The translations under genes and the position numbers were made by a program. Below are positions 1 through 9,912 of a DNA stretch of 64,000 nucleotides, piece by piece (the first letter of the stretch is position 1; each line of letters opens with the position of its first letter). Source of the DNA: an uncultured Ignavibacteriaceae bacterium (GTDB lineage Bacteria; Zixibacteria; MSB-5A5; GN15; PGXB01); assembly GCA_964452645.1 (NCBI GenBank), contig CAYVMO010000010.1:36511-100510 (forward strand). Reading direction: 5' to 3'. Under the pieces are notes generated by a model. The model was not told the DNA's origin and searched no databases. It was given only the letters and a program-made list of their open reading frames with translations.

Positions 1-1
1 A

Positions 2-553
2 AAACTTCAGGAACGTCTGGCCAAGCTGGCCGGTGGCGTGGCCGTTATTAATGTCGGGGCTGCGACCGAAACGGAGATGAAAGAGAAAAAGGCGCGTGTT
101 GAAGATGCGCTTAATGCCACTCGTGCGGCGGTCGAGGAAGGTATTGTCCCCGGCGGCGGCGTGGCCTTCCTACGCTCGATTCATGCGCTCGATTCATTGA
201 AATTGAATACTGATGAAATGACCGGCGTCAATATTGTCCGTCGTGCGCTGGAAGAACCGATTCGTCAGATTTCCAACAACGCCGGTGTTGAAGGTTCAAT
301 CGTTGTCGATCGCGTCAAGAAAGAAAATGGCGCCTTCGGTTATAACGCTGAGACGGATACTTACGAAGACCTGATTAAGGCCGGTGTGATTGATCCGACC
401 AAGGTGACACGGATTGCTCTGGAGAACGCCGCCTCGATTAGCGGCCTGCTTCTGACGACGCAGGCGGTCGTGAGTGATAAGCCGGAAGATGAAAAGACAC
501 CGGCGATGCCGGGTGGCGGCATGCCCGGCGGCGGCATGGGCGGAATGTACTAA
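2..553 (+). CDS. groEL: Chaperonin GroEL (Cpn60), C-terminal part; the 5' end lies outside the window
   Basis: The frame is open from base 2. The translation [53 protein letters not shown]... and the Gly-Gly-Met tail [15 protein letters not shown] are the classic GroEL signature. Confidence 0.97.
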   Translation, partial: KLQERLAKLAGGVAVINVGAATETEMKEKKARVEDALNATRAAVEEGIVPGGGVAFLRSIHALDSLKLNTDEMTGVNIVRRALEEPIRQISNNAGVEGSIVVDRVKKENGAFGYNAETDTYEDLIKAGVIDPTKVTRIALENAASISGLLLTTQAVVSDKPEDEKTPAMPGGGMPGGGMGGMY

Positions 554-583
554 AAGATATTTCGCAGTATACTTTCAAAAGGG

Positions 584-618
584 GACCTCTGTAGAAATCT
601 GCAGAGGTCTTTTTTTTT
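584..618 (+). terminator. Rho-independent terminator downstream of groEL
   Basis: Stem GACCTCTG (584-591) pairs with CAGAGGTC (602-609) and is followed by a run of nine T (610-618). Confidence 0.85.
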
Positions 619-628
619 ACCCCATCGA

Positions 629-2677
629 TTATTGCAGTTCCTCTATCATGTGCTTGAGTTCGGCTAATTTATTGACATAAAAGACATCCATGTGCCCTGA
701 ACTCTGATATAGATTATAGTACCTCAGGGAGCTGTCGGGAAGCTTCTTATCCGCGTACGCACGACATAGAAAGTAATAACCCGAGACGTACCCGGAATCG
801 AGTGCGATTAACTTATAAGCATATATAATAGCGGAATCCGGCTTATCGGCCAGGATGTTTATCCATGCAAAAGCGCTGAGAACGTCATCATTATTATTAA
901 ACAGGTTATAGGCAACCCTGACGGATTCCAGGGCCTTCTCATATTGCTTCATCTGGCTGAAAATCCAGGCACGATTGACAAAAAATCTATAATTATACAT
1001 CCCAAGTTGTATTGCCATATCCGACTCTTCAAGCGCTTTATCGAATATGCCTTCGCTCATGTACAATGCACTCAGAAAATTATGGTAACGTCCGGATAGT
1101 CTGTCCGGGACGATGTCCGCGGCCATTTCCTTTGCCCCGGTGATATCACCTCTATTCAACACATTAGATGCATCAAAAATTTTCTTTTCGTTGGGAAATC
1201 GTTCAAAAAACACGGCATTCAGAGAATCGGCGGTTTGCCGATCACCCGATTCCTGATAATACAATCGCATAATGACCAAATTCGAATACGATTTCTCGGG
1301 ATCGAGATCAATAAGATATTTCGCGTACTTTATCGACGTATCCCGATTGAGATTCATCAATAAATAGGGAACTGTAGTCACGATAAGATAGATGATCATT
1401 GTCGGTATATATTTCTTTAACGCCGTAAGGTGCTTTTCCGGAATCGAATATACGAGCAATAGAGTAAATCCAAAACCGAGAAACGAAAATAAATCCCAAT
1501 CCCGGCCCATGCCGATTTTCGGATCGATAAATAAAACAAACAAAAAGCTTGAAAGCGTAATTATTGTCAGGAAAAACGTTACACCATTTTTAAATATGTG
1601 CTTAAATTCATTAAAAGATAGGACAATTAATATCGGGAATATCGGGGAAAGCAGAAGCAACTCGTTTACCATATCAGTCAGGTGGGTAACGCTGAAAGCA
1701 AAATTCGTAGGGCTGAGACCCTTACCGGTGAATAAAGGCAAAAAGATATCCTCGAAATACAGATCGGTTTTATAGAGATGAATAAAGATTATAAACCCCC
1801 CGATTACGAATACGATCGCCAGTGAGATCAGCAAAGCCCGATATTGTCTATAAACAGCCAGACCTCTGCCCCGGCAAAAAATTAAAAAAACAAAAGCGGG
1901 AATAAGGATGCTCATTTGAAGATGAATAAATATCCCCAAGACAAGAAAGAATAAACCGCCCGCCAGGCTGCGACCTGAAGTCATATAGCGTAGGCCGAAA
2001 TATACAAATCCGGTAAGGGCAATCCAGATTAAGGGATAATTTTCGACATATCCGAAAAATAAAAGGAGAATTCCGGATAAAACTGATGTAAAAAATATCA
2101 AAACTCTTTTGCTTTTGTTGTCAGACAGAAATTCTGCTATCAAAAAGAAAAACCAAATCGAAATTACCTCGGAGAAAATCGCCATGATTTGAAAAGTCAA
2201 TAGAGACGTCTGCTTGTTTTTCGGTCCAAGAAGAGACTGAACGATAGAGTGCAATAAAGTTATTCCCTTCTCGCTCCATCTAAGAACTGTTCCTGAATCG
2301 GAAGCGAGATTCGACAGGGCTGTATATCCGTCACCCAGAAAATGTGTCGGGGCGGCGAAAATAATGAAAAAGGCACTCAACACGGCGATAAATATCAGAC
2401 GATGTATATATTTATATTTCGACTCAAAGAATATTTCGGAAAAGCCATCGATAAAGGCTTCGCTAATTTGAGAGGTTTGTCTGAAAAAAGGCAATATCAG
2501 GGCAATAATTGCGATAACGGCATAAATAATAGCAAAAGCATTTGACAAGAAAATCAGATGATTAAAGCCCCAGAAGCGGCCATCGAGATTAAAAAACGGT
2601 ATGAATCTGATAATGAAAAGCAGTACCATTAAAAAATAACCGGAGATCACGACATTATTTTTTGCCGAAGCCTTCAT
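629..2677 (-). CDS. Polytopic membrane protein with a C-terminal TPR domain (paralog A); possibly a GT-C-like glycosyltransferase or polymerase, function unproven
   Basis: 682-aa ORF. About 450 aa consist of many hydrophobic segments with motifs FWGFNHLIFL, FSEIFFESKYKY.HRLIFIA, PTHFLGDGY and RDWDLFS. The soluble C-terminus has TPR-like repeats (Y/A/L periodicity). Confidence 0.8.
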   Translation of the reverse strand: MKASAKNNVVISGYFLMVLLFIIRFIPFFNLDGRFWGFNHLIFLSNAFAIIYAVIAIIALILPFFRQTSQISEAFIDGFSEIFFESKYKYIHRLIFIAVLSAFFIIFAAPTHFLGDGYTALSNLASDSGTVLRWSEKGITLLHSIVQSLLGPKNKQTSLLTFQIMAIFSEVISIWFFFLIAEFLSDNKSKRVLIFFTSVLSGILLLFFGYVENYPLIWIALTGFVYFGLRYMTSGRSLAGGLFFLVLGIFIHLQMSILIPAFVFLIFCRGRGLAVYRQYRALLISLAIVFVIGGFIIFIHLYKTDLYFEDIFLPLFTGKGLSPTNFAFSVTHLTDMVNELLLLSPIFPILIVLSFNEFKHIFKNGVTFFLTIITLSSFLFVLFIDPKIGMGRDWDLFSFLGFGFTLLLVYSIPEKHLTALKKYIPTMIIYLIVTTVPYLLMNLNRDTSIKYAKYLIDLDPEKSYSNLVIMRLYYQESGDRQTADSLNAVFFERFPNEKKIFDASNVLNRGDITGAKEMAADIVPDRLSGRYHNFLSALYMSEGIFDKALEESDMAIQLGMYNYRFFVNRAWIFSQMKQYEKALESVRVAYNLFNNNDDVLSAFAWINILADKPDSAIIYAYKLIALDSGYVSGYYFLCRAYADKKLPDSSLRYYNLYQSSGHMDVFYVNKLAELKHMIEELQ

Positions 2678-2759
2678 AAATCACGGGATTCAAATAATAT
2701 ATTTGACCCTATTCGGTTATCCAAATTAAATGACTATTGATATTATCATGATACCGGAC

Positions 2760-4895
2760 CTAATTATTTTTCATTTGTTTTTCGAGCTCGATCCCGATCT
2801 TGTTCCATCTGGAACTGAATTGAGGATCATTCACGCCGTATTTTCGATAAAGCCGGCCATAAACACGCGCGCTGTCCATCATTTGCTGTTCCAGATAGGC
2901 CAGAGTCAAAAAGTAAAAGGCGTCGGCGCTGGTGGAATCAACTTCAAGCAATCGTCGAGAATAAATGATTGATGAATCATATTTATTTCTGTCTTGAAAA
3001 AGAGAAATTATTTCGACTAACACACTCGAATTGGTTGGATTCAAAGTATAGCCTTCATGAAAAGCATCAAGCGCACTGTCGGGATATCCCAGCTCGCGAT
3101 AAGCCATACCCAGGTAGACATAAGACTGGGCGGAATATCTGTCCAGTTGAATGGCTTTTCTCGAAGATTCCAGTGCCGCCTGGTAATCTTCATCAAGGTA
3201 ATGAAGTGTTGTCCACATGTTATAATAATCTACCGAAAAACGGTCATCCGGCAGCGTCAGTGCAAGTTGTTTGGCGCGAGAAATATCTCCCTGCTTGATC
3301 GCTGAATATACCAGGCCGTATTCCCTGACGTACGGGTAATATTTCGCATAAAGGGTGTTAAGAGAATCGACTTTTATACGATTGCCTTTATCATAATAAT
3401 AATTTTTTAAATTTAAAAAAGTAACTCTATTTCGGTAAAGATCGAAGTTTATAAAATCCTCGGTGTATCTGACGGATGATTTTTCATTGAGGTTAGTCAT
3501 AAGATAGGGCAACGATGCCCCGATTAGAAACAGGACAAAGGACAAAATAAGCTTTTGATTGAAAATAGGCATTTTTCTGTCGAGCAATAAAACAAAAAGC
3601 AGCCCGGGGGCGAAACCACATAAGGAGAAAAGGTCCCAATCGCGGGGCATGGAAAGCCGGGGATCGATGACAAACAAAAAGAAAAGAGCAGATAAAGAAT
3701 TTGTAAGCAGAAAAACGATAGCCTTTTGCTTAAACGAATATCTTAATTGCTTCAAACCGCAAAAAAATAATAGCGGCAAAAGGGGCGAAAGTAGAATCAG
3801 TTGATTCACGATATCGCCGATATGTGCAAGGCTGAAAATCGTATAGGAAGGCGTCATCGCTTTTCCTTCGAACGCGGGAAGAAAGATGTTTTCCACAAAA
3901 AGGGAATTGGAATAATAATAGGCAAAAACAAGAATAAAAATTATTGAAAGGGTCGCAATACTAAGCCAGAATAGCACGCGGATTTTCTTATATATTCTTA
4001 GACCGAAATTCTGCGATAAAAGCAGAAATAAGATTGCCGGCAGAAATATCAACATTTGAAAGTGCAGGGCAATGCCGACAATCAATGCAATTGCGGAAAA
4101 TATAAATCCTGCTCCCGTTTTATAAGATTTAAGGCCGAAGTATATAAACGCTGAATAGCATACTATCAGGGCCGGGTAACTCTCTATATATCCGAAGAAT
4201 AAAAGAAGCGTGCCTGAGAAAAGCAAAACGCTAAAGGCCAGTATCTTTAATCCCTTATTTTCCGATAAAATATCAGCAATCAGGAAATAAAAATGCACGG
4301 ATACCAATCCCGAAAAAATTGAGAGTGATTGAAAAGCGGTTATGGCCGTGCCTTCACTTTTTTTACCCAGCAGATTTTGGAGTAATTCAACCAGTAATGT
4401 TGTTCCTCTCTCGGACCATTTGTGGACCATACCTGTTCTGGAGGCGAGATTTGCAATTTGAAGATATCCATCGCCCAGGAAATGCGTCGGGGCGGTCAAA
4501 ATTGTAAACAGGCCACCCATTATGGCGATAAATATCAAGCGATGTAAATATTTATATTTCGATTCGAAGAATATTTCGGAAAAGTTATCGATAAAGACTT
4601 TGCTTATTCGACAACTTCTTTTGAAAAAAGGTAAAGCCAGGGCAAAAACAGCGATAAAGGCATAAATAATGACAAAAGCATCTGGCAGGAAAATCAGATG
4701 ATTAAAACCCCAAAAGCGGCCCCCGGGATAAAGAAAGGGCAAAAATTTTATAAGGAAAAGTACTGCGAGTATAATGTAAGCAAGTTGAAATGTGTGATTG
4801 TTTTCTGTCTCCGTCGTCTGCAAATTCACTCCTGCAATCAATGTTAAATCTAATTTATTGACTTTAAGGCGATTTTCAATAACATTATACGCCAA
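2760..4895 (-). CDS. Polytopic membrane protein with a C-terminal TPR domain (paralog B of 629..2677)
   Basis: 711-aa maximal ORF sharing the same motif set and architecture as paralog A. The 4895 start is a TTG. An internal TTG at 4823 sits 5 nt after AGGAG (4833-4829) and gives an N-terminus matching paralog A, so the true start is probably about 4823. Confidence 0.8.
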   Translation of the reverse strand: MAYNVIENRLKVNKLDLTLIAGVNLQTTETENNHTFQLAYIILAVLFLIKFLPFLYPGGRFWGFNHLIFLPDAFVIIYAFIAVFALALPFFKRSCRISKVFIDNFSEIFFESKYKYLHRLIFIAIMGGLFTILTAPTHFLGDGYLQIANLASRTGMVHKWSERGTTLLVELLQNLLGKKSEGTAITAFQSLSIFSGLVSVHFYFLIADILSENKGLKILAFSVLLFSGTLLLFFGYIESYPALIVCYSAFIYFGLKSYKTGAGFIFSAIALIVGIALHFQMLIFLPAILFLLLSQNFGLRIYKKIRVLFWLSIATLSIIFILVFAYYYSNSLFVENIFLPAFEGKAMTPSYTIFSLAHIGDIVNQLILLSPLLPLLFFCGLKQLRYSFKQKAIVFLLTNSLSALFFLFVIDPRLSMPRDWDLFSLCGFAPGLLFVLLLDRKMPIFNQKLILSFVLFLIGASLPYLMTNLNEKSSVRYTEDFINFDLYRNRVTFLNLKNYYYDKGNRIKVDSLNTLYAKYYPYVREYGLVYSAIKQGDISRAKQLALTLPDDRFSVDYYNMWTTLHYLDEDYQAALESSRKAIQLDRYSAQSYVYLGMAYRELGYPDSALDAFHEGYTLNPTNSSVLVEIISLFQDRNKYDSSIIYSRRLLEVDSTSADAFYFLTLAYLEQQMMDSARVYGRLYRKYGVNDPQFSSRWNKIGIELEKQMKNN

Positions 4896-4897
4896 GC

Positions 4898-5653
4898 ATG
4901 AATATGAAAGAATTTCTTAAGATATTGTCGGATAAATTTCCCGATGATCGGATAACGAGCCAGAAGAAAGTGCCCACTTTTCACCCGGAGACGGCTGCCG
5001 AGGCGGCACAATTGTTCGCACTGGCGAATGAATATAAATGGGAACTCTTTATCGCCGGATTCGGAAATAACATTGTCCCGGTCGGAGAAAAATTCAAAAA
5101 TATTCTCGTCGTCAAATCGGATCGCCTGAATAAATTAATCGAGATTGTACCCCAGGATTATTTTTTTACAGTCGGCGCCGGTTATCCGCTGAGGGAAATA
5201 AACAAGCAATTAAAGCAGTATGACCTTTTTCTTCCGCACTCTAATCTGCCCTATGTCGGTTCGGTCGGGGGCGCGCTGGCTGTTGGTCTGTCCGCAAGAC
5301 AGGATATACATCTGCTGCCGCTCGCTCGCTATTTCATCAAGGCGGAGATTGTCACGCCGGAGGGTAAAATTATCCGCCCCGGTTCGGCCTGTTTTAAATC
5401 AGTTTCCGGATTCGATATCGTGAAGATTTACTCGCCTTCGTGGGGTATGCTGGGCAAAATAATAACCGCCACATTTCGCGCATTACCCTTGTCCATAAGG
5501 AACGAATTCGAGAATATTGTCATGCAGCCGATTGATTATAAAAAGTTTGCCGACATTTATATGAACCCGGGCGACAATCAATCGGCAATCTATTCGATAA
5601 AGATTAAAGACAAATTCGACCCGAATGGCGTTCTGCCGTTGATTAATTTGTAG
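4898..5653 (+). CDS. FAD-binding PCMH-type oxidoreductase subunit (GlcE-like, compact)
   Basis: 251 aa. The FAD-binding-4-like N-terminus (FIAGFGNNIVPVG) and the C-terminal KDKFDPNGVLP motif are typical of FAD-linked oxidases. No GlcD or GlcF partner is nearby. Confidence 0.6.
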   Translation: MNMKEFLKILSDKFPDDRITSQKKVPTFHPETAAEAAQLFALANEYKWELFIAGFGNNIVPVGEKFKNILVVKSDRLNKLIEIVPQDYFFTVGAGYPLREINKQLKQYDLFLPHSNLPYVGSVGGALAVGLSARQDIHLLPLARYFIKAEIVTPEGKIIRPGSACFKSVSGFDIVKIYSPSWGMLGKIITATFRALPLSIRNEFENIVMQPIDYKKFADIYMNPGDNQSAIYSIKIKDKFDPNGVLPLINL

Positions 5654-5856
5654 TAATTCTCATCGATAATTTCTTATTCGAATAGCTTTACGGCATCTCG
5701 TAAAGTGCCGCGCGAGTCCTCAGACTCGCCGGAACCCGGTCGATTCGAGTGGTAAATTCTATTTTTATCATTGTCATTTCGGAAAATCTTCATGAGAACT
5801 ACTATAGATTAAAAACGGTGCCAACATCACCATCAGGGCTATTAGATTAAGCATCA

Positions 5857-7065
5857 TCAAAATTCGGGCAGGGCCGACATCGACATCTCGAATATTTTTA
5901 TAATGTCCTTTTTGTATAGAGGTCGCGGATTGGCCAGGTAATCACCCCGGGCCGAGTATAATTTTAGAGTATCATCGGCCATCTGTTCGAATTTGGAGTC
6001 ATCCTTGATGCCTATCTCCGGCATACAAATATATCGATCGACCGATTTGAGAAATTCAATCGTGTCCAGAACCGCCTGATGGGCCAGATCGGCATCGGAT
6101 TTTTCATCCTCGACTTTGTACAGCTCGCGGGTCATAAGAGCGAATTTCTCGACCCGCGCTCCGTACGTGTAAAACATTAATCGGGGTAACAACAGCGCCA
6201 GCCCAAGGCCATGGGAAATGTCGTAATGTCCCGACAGAGCATGCTCCATGGCGTGGAGAGGGAAAGGGCCGCCACGCCCGGAGTTAATCATGCCCGATAA
6301 GGCCATCGCCGAGCACCATGATAGCTGTGAGCGGGCATTGATGTCATTCGGTTTCGCAACCGCCTGCGGCAAATAATCCATAACGGTTTTAACTATGGAG
6401 AGCGATAATCTATCCTGAATCGGCGAGTTATCGGCACCGGTGAAAAAGCCCTCGATGACATGGGCTATTATATCGATGCCGCCGTCGATAGTATAGTCTT
6501 TCGGAACGGTGATAGTTAATTCGGGATCAATTATCGATACCTTCGGGAAAAGAAGAGGGTCAGACAGAACCATTTTTTCATGCGTTTCCCAGTTGGTGAT
6601 AACGGCGCCGGCATCGGCTTCTGAGCCGGTGGCGGCCAGCGTCGGGATTTCCATCAAAGGAAGCGCCTTCGAAATTTTAAGGGGAGCCGGTTGACCATGA
6701 TAGATGAATTCCCAAATCGGTTTTTTCTCCGCCGCCGCGGCCGCGATACCCTTGGCGGCATCCATCGGCGAGCCGCCGCCGAGACCGATAATAAAATCAC
6801 ATTTATTATCGTTGGCCAGCTCGGCGGCTTCATCTATGGTTGCCGTGCGGGGATTGGGTTCGATTTTATCAAAGACAACCGCCGAGACGCCTTCCCTTTC
6901 CAGGTAATCGGTAACTCTGTTTATGATACCGGAGGCCGCGGCGGAGCGTTTGCCGGTGACAATCAGGGCGCGTTCGCCGAGCTTTTTGGCTTCGGCGCCG
7001 ACTTTGCTGATTTCGCCCGGCCCGAAGATCAATTTGGTCGGCAGATAGAACGTGAAATTTTGCAT
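5857..7065 (-). CDS. Iron-containing (group III) alcohol dehydrogenase
   Basis: 402 aa. It carries the GLGGGSPMDAAK dinucleotide/iron ADH signature and His-rich metal ligands (HAMEH, HG.G). Confidence 0.92.
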   Translation of the reverse strand: MQNFTFYLPTKLIFGPGEISKVGAEAKKLGERALIVTGKRSAAASGIINRVTDYLEREGVSAVVFDKIEPNPRTATIDEAAELANDNKCDFIIGLGGGSPMDAAKGIAAAAAEKKPIWEFIYHGQPAPLKISKALPLMEIPTLAATGSEADAGAVITNWETHEKMVLSDPLLFPKVSIIDPELTITVPKDYTIDGGIDIIAHVIEGFFTGADNSPIQDRLSLSIVKTVMDYLPQAVAKPNDINARSQLSWCSAMALSGMINSGRGGPFPLHAMEHALSGHYDISHGLGLALLLPRLMFYTYGARVEKFALMTRELYKVEDEKSDADLAHQAVLDTIEFLKSVDRYICMPEIGIKDDSKFEQMADDTLKLYSARGDYLANPRPLYKKDIIKIFEMSMSALPEF

Positions 7066-7193
7066 ATCGTAAGTCTCCCTTGTTTATTGACTGTATATAT
7101 TTTATATATCATAATAAAACTACAACAAATGTTAAACGACAAAGTTCGAAGGCCGTGAGTATTTTTATTTTCTCTATTTAGACGGATTATTTT

Positions 7194-8441
7194 ATGGGAG
7201 AAAAATCGCCGGGCATAGATAAGAATCAATTTAAACCACTAAAAGTCTTATTCATCACCCATAACTATATCCGCCGGGAAGGGGATTTTGCGGGCGTGTT
7301 TCTGCATCTGCTGGCGCGGAAACTTATGAAAAACGATATTAAGGTTTATGTTATTGCGCCGCACGATAAGGGAATTCCGGAGTATGAGGAAATAGAAGGC
7401 GTCAGGATTTATCGATTTCGCTACGGCTCTGAAAATCAGGAAACCCTCGCTTACCGCGGCGACATGCATCGGCAGGTTCTGAGAAATCCGTTTAAGTTCT
7501 TTCGGCTGTATATATTTTTAAGATCTTTTTTCCGGCTGGCTTCACTTATTATCGAAAAAGAAGACATCTCGATTGTTTCGGTTCACTGGATTGTCCCCGG
7601 CGGCGTGATCGGTAAGTGGCTCAAGAAAAAGTACAAAGAGCGCATAAAATTGTATATAAGCTCGCATGGAACCGATATCAGGCTTCTGACGAGGTTTTCG
7701 TTTCTATATAGCTATCTTAAACCGGCTATAAAAAGGGCCGAGAAATGGACAGTTGTCTCGAATTATCTTAAGGAATTGCTGCTGAAACAGGACAGCTCGC
7801 TGGAGGATAAAATCGAAGTTGTTCCTCTTCCCAACGACGAGACGGTTTTTTATCCCGATCCGAATATACCCGAAGATAATAATCTGGTGGTTGCGGTCTC
7901 AAGATTAACAAAACAGAAACGGCTCGATTATCTTGTACGAGCGATAAAAATACTCTATGAGACCCGCCCCGAAATACGACTGGAAATTTATGGGGTCGGG
8001 CCGGAAGAGGCAAACCTTAAGGAGTTGATTGCACGGAATAATCTTGGCGAGAGTATTAAGATTCTGAATCCCGTCTCACAGGAAAAGCTTCGGGAAATAT
8101 ATAATAAGGCGGCGGTCGTGGTTCTTAATTCTCTGAATGAAGGTTTCGGTTTGATATTGACCGAAGCGATGCTCTGCCGGACAGTGGTCATCGGGACCGA
8201 ATCGGGCGGTATCACCGATATTATCGAAGATGGTGACAGCGGTCTGCTCGTTCCGCCTGATAATTCCGAAAGACTGGTCGAGGCGTTAAAGCGCCTGTTG
8301 ACGGACGACAATCTGAGGGACACGTTGGCAAAGGCGGGGTATCATCGGGCGCTCGAACACTTTTCATCGCAGTCATCAGCCGATCAGTACGCCCGATTGT
8401 ATAAAAACCGGCTCCAAGAAAATAAGTCATTGGATTCATAG
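7194..8441 (+). CDS. Glycosyltransferase family 4 (GT-B, retaining)
   Basis: 415 aa. The C-terminal EGFGLILTEAM (E-x7-E) motif and the ...GGITDII.DG.SGLLV motif are typical of GT4. Confidence 0.9.
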   Translation: MGEKSPGIDKNQFKPLKVLFITHNYIRREGDFAGVFLHLLARKLMKNDIKVYVIAPHDKGIPEYEEIEGVRIYRFRYGSENQETLAYRGDMHRQVLRNPFKFFRLYIFLRSFFRLASLIIEKEDISIVSVHWIVPGGVIGKWLKKKYKERIKLYISSHGTDIRLLTRFSFLYSYLKPAIKRAEKWTVVSNYLKELLLKQDSSLEDKIEVVPLPNDETVFYPDPNIPEDNNLVVAVSRLTKQKRLDYLVRAIKILYETRPEIRLEIYGVGPEEANLKELIARNNLGESIKILNPVSQEKLREIYNKAAVVVLNSLNEGFGLILTEAMLCRTVVIGTESGGITDIIEDGDSGLLVPPDNSERLVEALKRLLTDDNLRDTLAKAGYHRALEHFSSQSSADQYARLYKNRLQENKSLDS

Positions 8442-8459
8442 ATAAGATAAGGAGGAATT

Positions 8460-9161
8460 ATGAGTTCCATTGAAGCGCTCATCAACCGGCAATTTAAAAA
8501 ATGGGAGGTTGAACGCAAGAGCCGAATCGAAGCCGAGCAGAACGGCGAGAAACCGACCACAAAACCGATTGTTACGCTCAGCCGTCAACGGGGCAGCCAG
8601 GGTTCGTATCTTGCCGAGCAGTTGGCGGCCAAGCTGGGCTATCAACTTTTACATCGGGAAATTATCGATGAAATCTGCAACTCTTCCGGATACCGTCGGC
8701 AAATAATCGAATCGCTGGATGACAAAGTCCGCTCCCAGGTCGAGCTCTGGTTCGAGGGTGTTTTTAAGGGGATGTACATCGATGCCTCGGATTATTTCAA
8801 ACATCTCTATAAAGTCATCATGTCAATCTCCAAACTGGGGGGAGTTGTCGTCGTCGGTCGCGGTGCCAGTCATATGCTGACCCGCGAACAGGGCATACAT
8901 TTCCGTGTTATCGCGGCCAAACCGAGACGGGTTGAAAACCTGATTAAATTCCAGGGATTCAGCCAGGAAGAAGCGGAGAAAGAAATCGAAAGACTCGATA
9001 AGGAACGGGCGGGATTTGTACGTAATAATTTCGGCCGAAATATCGATGATCCCGCCGTCTATGATCTGGTTATCAATACGACCTATCTTGATATAAAGGA
9101 AGCTCTGCGAATTGCGGAGATCGCCATAAGCTCGAAAATGGCGATACTCGGCTCGAAATAG
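8460..9161 (+). CDS. Cytidylate-kinase-like (P-loop-related) family protein
   Basis: 233 aa. The pattern ITLSRQRGSQGSYLAEQLAAKLGYQLLHREII is typical of the cytidylate-kinase-like family. SD-like AAGGAGG lies upstream of the ATG. Confidence 0.65.
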   Translation: MSSIEALINRQFKKWEVERKSRIEAEQNGEKPTTKPIVTLSRQRGSQGSYLAEQLAAKLGYQLLHREIIDEICNSSGYRRQIIESLDDKVRSQVELWFEGVFKGMYIDASDYFKHLYKVIMSISKLGGVVVVGRGASHMLTREQGIHFRVIAAKPRRVENLIKFQGFSQEEAEKEIERLDKERAGFVRNNFGRNIDDPAVYDLVINTTYLDIKEALRIAEIAISSKMAILGSK

Positions 9162-9371
9162 ACCGATTTTGCTGTGAGATTTATAGTGAAAAAAAATTAA
9201 AAAACTGTAAGATTTTTCTTGCGTATATATTTCAATATGAGTTTAATTCCGATAATAGCCAAGAGGTTCGGGCGTTAAAGAAGCCTTTTATATAGGAGGG
9301 TGGCGGCATTAAGTAAGTACAAAAAAAGTAAAAATTAATAATTAATTATCCCCTATTTGAAGGAGGATGGG

Positions 9372-9866
9372 ATGCCAGTAAAAAAAACAACCAAAAGAAA
9401 AACCACGAGGAAGAAAGCGACAGTCAAAAAGAAAGCAGCTCCAAAAAGGAAATCGACTATGAAAAAGAAAGCGACCTCTAAGAAAAAAACGACGCTGAAG
9501 AAAAAAGCGGCTCCGAGGAAAAAGGCAACGACCAGGAAAAAGGTGACCCGGAAAGCGGCCCCGAAGAAAAAGGCTGTCGCGAAAAAGAAAGCGGCACCAA
9601 AAAAGAAAACGGCCCGCAAGCCGAATCCCGCATTCATGAAACCGATGCAGCCGGATTCGGCTCTTGGTGCTGTTGTCGGCGAAAAGGCGATTCCTCGGAC
9701 AGAGATTACCAAAAAACTCTGGGCCTACATCAAGCGGAACAATCTTCAGAATCCGGCCAACATGAGAGAGATCATGGCCGATGACAAACTGAAGCCTCTC
9801 TTTGGCGGGAAGGTGAAAGTCAATATGTTCGAGATGACCAAACTGGTCTCGAAACATATGAAGTAA
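9372..9866 (+). CDS. Lys/Ala-rich histone-H1-like tail fused to a SWIB/MDM2 domain (putative nucleoid-associated protein)
   Basis: The ATG at 9372 is preceded by GAAGGAGGA (9359-9367); the track ORF begins at an in-frame TTG at 9357. The N-terminal 85 aa or so are KKKA/KKAT repeats. The C-terminal part (IPRTEITKKLWAYIKRNNLQNP...DDKLKPLFG...V.MFEMTKLVSKHM) matches the SWIB fold signature. Confidence 0.8.
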   Translation: MPVKKTTKRKTTRKKATVKKKAAPKRKSTMKKKATSKKKTTLKKKAAPRKKATTRKKVTRKAAPKKKAVAKKKAAPKKKTARKPNPAFMKPMQPDSALGAVVGEKAIPRTEITKKLWAYIKRNNLQNPANMREIMADDKLKPLFGGKVKVNMFEMTKLVSKHMK

Positions 9867-9884
9867 AATGACGTCCGTTTTTCC

Positions 9885-9912
9885 AAGCCGGGTCTGAAAC
9901 CCGGCTTTTTTT
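9885..9912 (+). terminator. Rho-independent terminator after the SWIB gene
   Basis: AAGCCGGG (9885-9892) pairs with CCCGGCTT (9900-9907) and is followed by a T-run to 9912. Confidence 0.85.

Noticed and set aside
474-680. 68-aa plus-strand ORF spanning the groEL 3' end and terminator
   Set aside because: It is an overlapping frame of groEL, runs through the terminator hairpin, and is Cys/Arg-rich nonsense.
5690-5750. Two 7-bp hairpins (CTTTACG/CGTAAAG and GCGAGTC/GACTCGC) and a GGTCGATTCGAGTGG segment reminiscent of a tRNA T-arm
   Set aside because: No cloverleaf can be drawn, since there is no acceptor stem or anticodon arm. Neither strand has a U-run, so it is neither a tRNA nor a clear intrinsic terminator. 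It may still stabilise the 3' ends of the convergent transcripts.
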